64,000 nucleotides of DNA, taken from NCBI RefSeq assembly GCF_009914755.1, contig NC_060928.1. One strand, written 5' to 3'. Under the pieces are notes generated by a model that saw only the letters and a list, made by a program, of their open reading frames with translations, ran no database searches and was not told the DNA's origin. Position numbers and translations under genes: made by a program. Positions 51,816 through 64,000 of this stretch are shown here, in pieces; the first letter of the stretch is position 1; every line of letters begins with the position of its first letter. The DNA comes from the human T2T-CHM13v2.0 reference genome, Homo sapiens.

Positions 51816-54800
51816 GCAATTGATTGAAAATATAACCCACAGGAAATTAGGTAATTGAAATATTAGACATATACATTAAAATGACTCTACTTCATATGTG
51901 TAATGAAGTAAGATACAATCTAACAGGAATTATGGTAAACAATCCAAAGAAAATTCCATAACTAGAAATATAAAAAGAAATATTATAAAGTCAATACAGA
52001 AATTAAGAGTAGAATATTAATTTTAAAATAGTAATATAGGTCAAAAGACTATATGCAAAATTAACCATGTGTTGACAAAATGATTGAAAATGTAGATGAG
52101 ATATAAAAAATAAAGAGATAAAGCTGAACATATTTTATTGAAATTTTAGAAGAATAGAAAAGAAAATAAAGCACAGCAATATTTTTGGAGCTAAGAATTT
52201 TCTGAAACTAATAAAGGTTATCAAGTCACGATAACAGAAACTCTATGAAATGCCAGGAAATAAATACAAATAAAATCATTTTGAAATACAGCACATGAAA
52301 ATTCCAAAAGTCAGGGAAAACATAAACGTTGTTGAGGTATCAAGGCATAATAATAGATTTACTTTCAAAGGGAAAAAACAGATAAACAGCTGATTTCTCA
52401 GCAGAAAAAAAAATACTGGAAGTCAGAAAACACTGAAATGGTATCTTCACAGTGCTGAAGTACAATAGTCCCTTGTCTAAAATTTTATATTCTGTGATAT
52501 TATCTTACTAAAAAAAATAACAATGTACTGCAAACTGCACCACAGTGTTGTTCATGAGAAGAAACTCAACACAATGAAGAAATAAACAGCAATAGAAAGG
52601 CTAAATATATGTGTAGTCTAAGTAAACATTAACTATGTAAGAGTATTGAGTCTTGCAGAATACATATTTTTATATATTACATATATTTCAATATATTAAT
52701 GTAATATATGAAATATTAATACATATTGGTTTTATATATGACAAACATATGTCATATATAAAATATAAAACAACAATCACATATAAGCCTTGCCAGGGTA
52801 AGTGGAGCTAAAGTATTTGGAAATTGATTATGTTGTCCGTGAGTAATGAATGTTGCAACCTATAGTGAAAAACAAAAGAAAATGTGGAAGAGTGAAAATT
52901 AGGCAATCAACAAGCCAATAAAGACAAAGAAATAAAATATAATAAAGTAATAAAATGGTGAAAAAACAACTTAGAACAATCAAGACAAAGAAAAACAAAA
53001 TAGTTGATAAATTTAAAGTAAACTGTTATATTGAAATGAACTAAATACTGTAAATAATAACAAATACTTTTTCCAATTGGATTAAAATATATATTTCAAA
53101 AAGAAAAAATAATATAATCTGGCTCTTCTAAAATATAGAGTCCCAAAATACTAAACTAGAATGATATGAAAATATGTTTTGTACAAATCTTAACGTGATT
53201 TAAGTTGATGTAATTTCAGTAAAGGTAGACAAAATAGATTTTAAGGAAAATAATAATTACTAGAAGTAAAGAGCTGTATTTCTAAGAGTAAAGCTTGCAT
53301 TCATCTGAAAGACATAGTATTCTAAATTTGTATTCTTACCACACATTTGATAACATAGACTCAAAATATGCAAACAAAAATGGAAAGAATTAAAAAATTA
53401 TATTGACAAGCCAAAAATAGGAATAAAAAAATTAACTCATCTTTCTCAATAAATGAAGAAACAGGATAAAAATTAATAAGTACATGAAATATTTAAATTA
53501 AGCAATTAAAAATTTGTCTCAACATCTACAGGATAATGTGTCAAAAATATTATTTATAAGTACAAATAAAATATTTTCCAAATTGATGAAATGCTGGATC
53601 ATAAAGTGCTCTTAACAAATTTCAAAAATTAAAAATTATATAGAATATGTTCTCATACCATAGGAAAATAACATTAGAAATCATTGATCTACTTAGAACA
53701 TCTCTAATTGTTTAGAAATTAAGCTGCATGTTTTTATTTACCTTGAATCAAACAATGAAATTAGAAATTATAAAATATTTTAAAATTTTATGGTGGTAAA
53801 TATGTAACCTTAAAACTTATTAGATGAAGATATAGCTGATTTAAAAAGATTTATGCAAATAGGTAATGAAGAAATGCTGAAAAACAGTAAGTGAACATTT
53901 ATCTTAAGAATACAGATACATAAGAAGAAATTAAATTCAGAGACTAGAAGAAACTATAACAAGGTAAGTGAAAAACAATTAGTGATATTGGATAAAATAA
54001 AGCAATGGAAAAAATTAAGAATTTAAAAAGTTAATTCTCAGGAAAGGCTAATAAATTTGTTAACAGCCAATCTAGGAGAATTGAGAGTCCATATAATTAA
54101 TACTGGAAATAAAAATGGTGGTACCACAATTGATAATATAAGACATGAAAGGGTGAGTGTAAAAGAAGAGAAGCAGTAATTTGTCACTTTTGTTAACGCT
54201 TGGATAGTACGGACAGTAAAGGAGAATTTTACTCTTTTCTTTCTTTTTTCCTTTCTCTATCTCTCAAGGAATTTACCTCTCAATAAAAATTTTAAACTTC
54301 CAACTAAAGAGATTTCCAAGACCAAATAGCTTCACGCATGAATTCTATTATGCATTAAATGAAGAAGAAATAAGAATCTTAAATGAATTCTTAAGATGAT
54401 AAAAAGATGAAATATTAGCCACTTACTATATGTGGTGAGCACAAACTTGATAGCAAATATTAACCATGATGTGAAGATTACCAAAAATTGAAGTTCAGGT
54501 ATGAGCACAGATGCAGAAATCCTAAACAAAATAATAAACACCCTGAATATAATAAAATAATACATCAAGACCAATCTGTATTTTCTCAATTAATACAAGT
54601 TTGGTTCAAAATTTTAAAATCAATCAAGGTAATCTCAGTAGATACAGAAAAATAGTTTGTTAAGATTTAACACCCATTAAAAAATTTTAAAGTCTTATCA
54701 AACTGAGAATGCAATGGATCTTTTGAATGTAATCATGGGTAGAGAAAGACAAACAAAAATATTGCACTATAATTTTAAAGTATATCATGAGGTCAGCATA

Positions 54801-54932
54801 GAAACCAGTATTTTCACAATGTTATCGCCATTTCTATTTACCATTGTAGTAGAAGCCCGAGCAAGTGCAACAATGCAAAAAAAGAGTTTTAAAATTTAGA
54901 TGAAAGATCACATACATAGAAAATTAAAAAGA

Positions 54933-55991
54933 TCATCAATGATGTTGGGCACCTTTTCATATGCCTGCTTGCCATTTGTATGTCTCTTCATTATTTTTTT
55001 TTATTTCTTCTAAAAAAAATGGGACACGTGCAGAACGTACAGGTTTGTTACATAGTTGTACATGTGCCATGGGGAAATGCAAATCAAAACTACTCTGAGA
55101 TATCATCTCATCCCAGTTAAAATTGCTTTTATCCAAATCTCTTGTATAAAAGATAGGCAATAACAAATGCTAGCAAGGATGTGGAGAAAAGGAAACCCTT
55201 GTACACCATTGGTTGGAATGTGAATTAGTACAACCACTATAGAGAACAATTTTGAAGTTCCTCAAAAAACTAAAAACTGAGCTACCACATGCACCAGCAA
55301 TCCCACTGCTGGATATATCCAAAAGAAAGGGCATCAGTATATTGAAGAGATATCTGTACTCCTATGTTATTTGCAGCACTGTTTACAATAGATAAGATTT
55401 GGAAGCAACCTAAGTGTCCATCAGTAGATAAATGGATCAAGGAAATGTGGTAATTATACACAATGGAGTACTATTCTGCCATAAAAAGAATGAGATCTAG
55501 TCATTCACAACAACATAGATGGAATTGAAGATCATACTGTTAAGTGAAATAAGCCAGGCACAGAAAGACAAACATTGCATATTCTCACTTATTTGTAGGA
55601 ACTAAAAATCAAAACGATTGAACTCGTGGACACACAGAGTAGAAGGATGGTTACCAGAGACTGGAAAGAGTAGTTGGGGGTTTGGGGGGAGGTGGAAATG
55701 GTTAATGGGTACAAAAATATAGTTAGAAAGAATGAGTAAGACCCACTATTGGTAGAACAACAGGGTGACTATAAGCAATAATAACAATTGTACATTTTAA
55801 AATAATTTAAAAAGCGTAATTGGATTGTTTGCAACTCAAAGGATAAATGCTTGAATGGATGGATACCCCATTCTCCATGAAGTGCTTATTCCCATTGCAT
55901 TTCTGTATTAAAACATCTCATCTACCCCGTAAACGTATGCACCTACATGCACCCACAATTAAAAAAAAATTAAAAAACATCAAATGAAAAA
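54933..55991 (+). mobile_element. L1MA2/3-like element, 5'-inverted, with 15-bp TSD AGAAAATTAAAAAGA
   Basis: TSD at 54918-54932 and 55992-56006; inverted ORF2 piece 54933-~54990; sense ORF2 end and MA2/3-type 3'UTR from ~55073. Confidence 0.85.
54991..55072 (-). mobile_element. L1PA8-like extreme 3' stub with polyA
   Basis: TTTTATTTCTTCTAAAAAAAATGGGACACGTGCAGAACGTACAGGTTTGTTACATAG..GTACATGTGCCATGG. Confidence 0.7.
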
Positions 55992-57772
55992 AGAAAATTA
56001 AAAAGAAACTACAATGAAAGAACATAATGAATAAGCACATTTAGTGAAGTTCCTAGATAAAAAAATTGACATTCAAAATTATATATGCCAGAAATAAACA
56101 CTTAGAACATAAATTAAAAATAAAAAGAAATAACATCTACTATAGCTTCAAGATGTTAAAATGGCAACAAATTTTTAAAAAATGGTTAGCAAGATCTCTA
56201 CATAGAAAATTTAAATTATTGAGAAAAGTTAAAATAATCTAAATAAATGGGGGGATATTCTAGTATTTATGTCACTAAAAACACAATTGCAAAGAGAAAC
56301 CTAAGGACAGATCCCTGGGATATGCCAGTGATGAGATACTGTGGAGAAGAAAAATCAAGATGGACGGAGGAGAGCCTGAAAGAGGAGAAAATCAGTGTCA
56401 ACGTGGTGCTGAGAAGCTAAGCAACATGTTAAGAACAAAAGCTTGATCACCTGGATCAAGGCAGTAGATAGGTGAGATAAATGAGATAAACCTTAATAAA
56501 GGCAATTAAATGAAAGGCTATTTTCAAGCAATAATGAGAGAGGAGAAATTCAAGACAGACCGTAAGTATAGATTTTTCATGGAATTTTACTCCTTTCTTT
56601 TTCCTTTCTCTATCTTTCCCTTGTTGAATAACACTTGTTTCAGTATTTGCATTATTGCTGTATAAACATTATCTTCCAATCAGCTTTACTGGTTTTTCAG
56701 ATGATAATATGAATATATGTGCCCTAAAGAAAAATAGAAACTATAATCACAAAAATAAGGTACAAGTCTTCTGAAACATTATCAATCTCCCACCCAATCA
56801 AAAAACCATAAATATCTATGTATAAATATGCGCAAATATTTTTGAGCAATTCTCAGAATTTCAGAGTCTAAAAGTTGCCCCATTTTCCAGTCTTTTATTA
56901 TGCATTATCAAATTAATGTTTACAAAACTTGTAACAATTTATATATGACAGGAAAAGCAAAACAACTGTTTCCCATCACTCTCCTTAATACTGCATAGAT
57001 TAACTGGATTTTTAAATATTTACCAATTTTATGGTCATTATTTTGGCTTTACATTTTCTGTATGTTAAATTATCTTTTAGATTTAATGGGGAAGTTTCAC
57101 ATTTTTACTGATTAAAATGATGTCAGCTATTAGATTTAGAAAGGCTTTACAATTATGCTTGCTTTTAATTATAAACATTAATTTTGAACAATGTTATTTT
57201 TGCATAAACCTAAATTTAAGATAAGAAGTATAAAATATGATATGACAAAGGTTTTAAAAAATAATATGTCTTCTAGACATGTTACACTTTTTAAAAGTTT
57301 TTACTTTCTTCCATGGCTCTTGATTATTTTCTTCAGTTAAAATAGGCTTAAATATAACTTTCTCAGCTCTTCACAACAATTTTATTTTCTTATTTTTGTC
57401 TTCTTTATCTACCGCTTACTTATCTATACTTTTATTCTTTCACATGTATTATTTGAATTTGTTAAAAAGCTGGGAGATTTTCTATGAGTGTGATGATTAG
57501 GCCACATCCATGTATTTTGAAATACTATTCCCAATTGAAAAATTATTTTTAAAATAGTCAGTAATTGCCACTTAACTTCTTTCTTGTTCCAAATGCTATT
57601 TTCTATTTAGCAATTTTATCAATAACTAAATATTTTACAATTTTTTCAAGATTTAGTGCCTATTTAGGTCATTGTGGTATGAAACTTCTGTGTATTCTTT
57701 CTAATTTTACTTTTCAATTTAATATCATTAGATTTGTTTCTGATAACCTAATCATTTAAATATTGAAAACAG

Positions 57773-58204
57773 TGTACTATAGAAAGATAAGTTGAGGTAC
57801 AATAAAATCTTAAGGTATTTACTTAAGAAAACAGTGATTTATGAATTAGAAAGTGTTATAACAAACCAGAGGTGGTTTCAGTCTCCATTGAAGAAACACA
57901 AGAGACTGACTTTTATGGAGTGAATACTGAAGTAGAGCAAATAAACTGTTTTACTGGTTACAGTTGCATATGCCTTATTGGTCCATTTTGCTGGAAAGTC
58001 CTTAGTTATATAATTACAAGTAAGTTGGTGGTTTTTGGTTGGTTTTTATTTTTCTTTAATGCAAGCATTTACAAGAAATAGTTGAAGTTAAGTTTCTCTT
58101 ATGTTTGAAAATCAAGCAAGGTTAAGGTCACTTCTGAAGCCTAACTGGCATTGTCTGCTCTGGGATTCTTCAGGCACTGGTCACCATTTTAATTTACTTT
58201 AACA
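57773..58204 (-). mobile_element. ERV1 LTR (MER101-like)
   Basis: Reverse complement TGTTAAAGTAAATTAAAATGGTGACC..GCCTGAAGAATCCCAGAGCAGACAATGCCAGTTAGG. Confidence 0.6.
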
Positions 58205-60727
58205 GTATGAATTTATGACACTGTTTGTATTTCTTTTCATTTCTCCTAGTATATAAAGAAAATTTGCATTGACTGATGAAGCAGCCTGTATCTGAAACAT
58301 CAGCAGTAGTCATGGCAGGATATTTTAGGTTATATATATATAAAGAAATGACATTTCATCTGGCATTGCACTACCCAAAACGGGACATGTAGTCATGCCT
58401 GAATTCAACAGGGCAAAGATGTGTAATCCTCCCACAGAAAGGACCAATGAAAGAAAAGGAATGAAAATACATGAAAGCAATTAACACAATGTGCCACATA
58501 TGTTTTTACACATAAACTTACTTCCAAATCTTGTAAAAAATTTAAGTCTAATATCTGTCTTGAAAAGTTTAGGTGGCAGAAATCACTGATAAAACCAAGA
58601 GATGATTCTTTTTAACAGAAAATGTTAAAATGTCTACATTCCTAGGTAGAAGTAACATAATTGTTCAGTCTTTAGTATTTTTTAAAACCTTAGAAAAAGT
58701 TCCTTTGTCTTTGCTTTGTGTCTTTTGATAGATGCCAGGGGAAAAAATGATATCTCTTTGCAAATGCATTAAAAAAAACTATTTTGTGCATATAATAGTG
58801 TTATCTTTAATGCCTTAAAGATAAACAATTGGGCTTTGCCTTCTTATTTTCTACTTTAAACTAGATTTGCCTTGTTCCTCTATTAATGAACATTTAACAT
58901 CATTTGAATATTAATATAAAATCTATTTAATATATGGCCATTCTAATTCCTTTTATTTTATTTTTATTGTTTTTATATTCATGGTCTTTGTTTCTTACCT
59001 GTATCTTATCATATCCTATCAAAACCACTATCTACCTAAATGCTTATAAACTGTGCACTTGTATTTATTTAAAAATGTTATTTTTATTCCTGTGTTGTAG
59101 TTTAAAGCCTAAACACAAATGAATTTAACATATCTTATGGATTTGTTAATAGAGTAGGAGGTATTTAGCATCATTTTCATCATATTTTAAACCTGTTTTA
59201 TTTCTTCATGGGTTTGTACTTTCCCAGTTTCCTTTTTTATAATACCTTTAAGTATTTTGAATCTTAAGTTCAAAGTTATTGAATATCAATTTGCCATTTT
59301 ATCTCAACTTTTCTGTTATACTAATTTTTTCAACCAATTTTGTTATTTAATATCAATTGGGTTAGAGAAATCCTTGGATTCTTTTCTTCAACCATACTCT
59401 TTGGAGTAATGCAATAGACTCATTGTCACAAAATGGGCTCTCCTTTTCAGTTTAGTACCACTTCAATCTCTAAGAGATAGCCACACCATCAATTGTGTTA
59501 TTAGAAATTAATCACAGGAATGGTCTATGAGACGGTAATACATGACATAAAGTGCTGCTCAGGGAGAAAAATGTTTTTTCCAATCTATAATATTTTTTGA
59601 GAGTTTGAGGACACAAACTGGAGTATATTAACTCTGCTAGAGGTGTAAAACTATAGGGAACTGAAAGAAGCAAAGAAGCTCTTTCTCCTTATTCTTTGGG
59701 GAAAAAAAAACAAGAAGAAATAGAGTCTCAAGTAGAAAAACAAAACAACTGCATCATATGTTTATTTCATGACTTTTTAGAGAAAACATATTTCCTTTCA
59801 GGGAGTAAAGTGATCATAAAATTTTCTTTATACCCTAGATTTTCAAAATAGGTAATATCTGCTACTAGAAAAACAAAAAAGTGTAAAATTGCATGTTTTT
59901 GTTACCAGAGAGCAAAATTTGTTTAATTAACTGAAATGCCATTGATATTTACTATTTAATCCTGAGTAGCTCATTTAATATTTATTTTTTGGTGTCTATG
60001 TGCTCATTATTACATAACATGGAAGGGAGTAGAAAATGTATTAGTTCTCTTAAGAGAGCCAGTTTTCAGCTTTAGTACCTCAAGTTTAAATGTCTGGGAT
60101 GAGATAGATGCTGGAAGTCACTAAGCTTTAATCAAAACAATATAAGTATTAAAAATGCCCTGATCTGGGAAGAATGTGCCTTAAATGATGATAAGTTAAT
60201 TAAAATGACAATAAAAATAAAAAGAGGAGGTACAATATTTACACTTGGGTACCTTTTATACATATATGAATAAAGTATAAGTATTATTTTTAAGACTTGT
60301 AACTATTGGGCATAGTTTAAAATAAATATCAAAGAAAATTTATGTTTTTCTGTAAAGTATGTGAAAAATTTCAAGGTATATCTTATCACCAGTATATGAA
60401 GCTGCTTTAGGCACAGTGATTGTGCCAAATGATAACAGTGATTTTGCAAGTTAAATTCTTTTATTTTAGTTATTTTTTCCACAGTAAGTGAAATTTTCAA
60501 GATTACTTCATACATTTACCACTGTGACTTTTTCTTCTAATGTTTAGTACTTTTAAATTACATTTTATAGTGAAAATTTCTTCTACAATCTACCCACTCA
60601 TTTTTCAAAATAATTTGAAATAAAAAGGTCTACTAAATGAACCTTAATAATGCTAACCTCTGTACTCATGACCTCTAAAAAGAATTAAATAATGCATTTT
60701 TCTTTGCAGGTTGTTTTGGCTGTATGA

Positions 60728-60729
<2 letters not shown>

Positions 60730-60767
<38 letters not shown>
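60730..60767. repeat. (TG)n microsatellite
   Basis: ~19 GT units. Confidence 0.95.
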
Positions 60768-60769
<2 letters not shown>

Positions 60770-60889
60770 TTCAATTCAAATATACTTGATTCACACAACA
60801 ATGATGCCACAAGCTCCATACCCAAACATCAGTGATGAAAGTGACTGGACCTGAGAAAGACTTTGCCTAAGGAAACAATGACTGAGTGC

Positions 60890-61285
60890 TGCTATGGTTT
60901 GAACGTCGCCTTCAAAACTCTTGTTGAAACTTAATCCCCATTGTGAAAATATTCAGACATTGGGCCTTAAGAAGTCATTGAAATCGATTAATCCATTCTT
61001 GAATTAATGGATTAATGCTTAAATATGGATGGGCTTGAAACTAGTGGTTTTATAAGAAGAGAAAAACAGACATAAGCTGGCATGTTAGCATGCTCAGCAC
61101 TTTCCACCACGTGATGCCCTGGTGCCACCTCAGGACTCTTCAAGAATACCCACCAGCAATAAGTCTCTCACCAGATCAGCCCCTAGACCTTAGACTTATC
61201 AGCTTCCACAACTGTAATAAAATTTTTTTATTTATAGATATTCAGTTTCAGGTATTCTGTTATAAAAATAAAGCAGACTAAGACA
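60890..61285 (+). mobile_element. MSTC-like MaLR solo LTR
   Basis: TGCTATGGTTTGAA...GATTAATCCATTC..GAATTAATGGATTAATG...TTTCAGGTATTCTGTTAT...GACTAAGACA. Confidence 0.85.
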
Positions 61286-61435
61286 GCTTCATAATGGACT
61301 CATGCAATTTAGAAGATATAATGATTTACCTTGGCTTATCAATTAAAAGTATATGTCTAGTCTTATAGTCAAATAAGTCATTCATTTCTATTATGCCTTA
61401 GAGACAGTATAGAATATAGAAAGTATTTGATGTAA

Positions 61436-62486
<1,051 letters not shown>

Positions 62487-63037
62487 TAATTAACAACTTG
62501 TGATTGTAAGATACTTGCTTACATAACACATACACACACAGACATCTGGAAATCAAGGATTATAGATTTTTTATTTATTTCCAACCCTTGAAAGAATTCC
62601 CTGGTATAAAGTGGAAACCTTAATTTGTTGATCAAATAACTAAATATTAAAAATTAAAGACTAAAGCTTTTAAAATGCATTTGAAAGATAGTTTGATGTT
62701 TACTTTCAATTTGTTCTGATGTGAACTTGGCTTAGTATCATACAGTAGGATTTAATCCTGAGTAGGACTAATTTCATGGGTGATGAATTACCTGAAAAGC
62801 ATTTAAGTGGACAGTAGCTCATATGATTTTATCTTTAATTAAAATTGCATATTTTCTTGATTGTGAAAATTTGTGGTTAATTGCAATTAGCAGCATCTTC
62901 AGAATACACAATGAGAAACACAAAGTGATTCCAATGCTACATGTAGGTAATTTTGAGGTAAATTCACAGGTCTTTATGGCTCTTATGCAGCCTACCATAG
63001 GCTCCAAACTTCAGTCTTTTACTTTTGTTTTAGCTCT

Positions 63038-63438
63038 TGCTTTAGTCTGAATGTTGGTGTCCCACCAAAAGTTCACATATTGGAATTTAGCCTCTAAAAT
63101 GATGGTATTAAGAAGTGGAACCTTTGGAAAGTGATTAGGTCATGATAATTCTCATTCATCAAAATCACTCATCAAAGTGATTCTCATGAATGGGATAAAT
63201 GCCCTTTTAAAATCACTTGAAAAAGTCTGATTATCCTTTCTGCCCTGCCCCTTTAGCCCTGTGAGGTCATTGTGGGAAAGCACTGTCTATGAGGAGTGAT
63301 CCCTCACCAAATACCAAATCTGCCAGTGGCTTTATTTTGGACTTGCCAACCTCTAGAACTGTGAGAAATAAATGCCCAGTGTTTATAAAATGTCCTGTGT
63401 AAGGTAATTTGTTATAGCAGCAAGAATGGACTAAAACA
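63038..63438 (+). mobile_element. MLT1A-type MaLR solo LTR
   Basis: TGCTTTAGTCTGAATGTTGGTGTCCC...AGAACTGTGAGAAATAAAT...TTTGTTATAGCAGC..GAATGGACTAAAACA. Confidence 0.85.
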
Positions 63439-63574
63439 TCCTTCTTCCATAGTGACCAATATAATTGGCAGAAAGTATCCCCATTGACTGGATCATTTTG
63501 TAGAATAGCCACAGATGATTGCCCTGGTTAAAAATTTGAGTAAAAATGAGTCTATGATCCTTTATTAGCTCTAT

Positions 63575-63920
63575 AGCCCATTTGCTTTACTCTGTCAGCT
63601 ATATTTTTCAGGATTCTTTGTCATTAGTCTTCTGGTTGAGTTCAGCCAATGAAAGTCACTGGCAGGAGAAAACGGGAAGCCAGTGTATTTTTGACACTCA
63701 TGATCTCTTAGTGGCAATAGTTGTTACCTGAAATCCAAATTTAACTAGGAGTCCTGCTTGTAATTTAGCCCAGGATCTCACCTGCAGACTAGCTTGCTTC
63801 TCTGTCTGTCTTCTCTGTATCTTCAGGTAGCAATACCTCCTCTCTTTACCCCATTAGCCTAGTGGTGGCAACAGCTTCTAGTGTTGCCACCTCTAGGGCA
63901 CCTCATTATAGCTTTCATTA
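63575..63920 (+). mobile_element. LTR33-like ERVL LTR fragment
   Basis: GGCTTC-like TCTTCTGGTTGAGTTCAGCCAATG..CACTGGCAGGAGA and GCCTAGTGGTGGCAACAGCTTC..TGTTGC. Confidence 0.55.
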
Positions 63921-64000
63921 TTTCTGTATTCCTGATAGGTGGACCACGATCAATACAGGGATAATTAATATACAAAACTCACGAAAAAAGGTGGGGGCTA

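Larger units (their letters stand above)
51830..56260 (+). mobile_element. Old L1M ORF1-ORF2 remnant, interrupted by a younger L1MA
   Basis: ACAGCTGATTTCTCAGCAGAAA..GGAAGTCAGAA, GCACAGATGCAGAAATCCTAAACAAAATA, ATCTCAGTAGATACAGAAAAA motifs in L1 order. Confidence 0.7.

Overview
AT-rich, CpG-poor, repeat-dense primate genomic DNA, almost certainly human because it carries an L1HS-Ta insertion. It looks intergenic or deep intronic. I see no credible protein-coding exon, RNA gene or CpG island. The listed ORFs are Alu- or L1-derived or look like chance ORFs; the 222-aa ORF is a fragment of L1 ORF2p. The window is mostly layered transposable elements: Alu (J/S/Y), L1 of many ages (three 5'-inverted), L2/MIR, MaLR and ERV LTRs, and DNA transposon relics. 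Best second-look items: (1) a 245-bp, ~97.5% identical local inverted duplication of a MER50-like LTR segment, with a fold-back hairpin junction; (2) a very young, possibly polymorphic, twin-primed L1HS-Ta with an estimated ~490-nt junction deletion; (3) two repeat-free islands rich in TALE (MEIS/PBX-HOX) motifs, which are candidate developmental enhancers; (4) a mosaic AluSx/AluY; (5) an L1PA8-like stub at an L1MA inversion junction. I found no evidence of a new multi-gene system. Repeat subfamily names come from my recall of consensus sequences and need RepeatMasker/Dfam confirmation. Most repeat boundaries are approximate.
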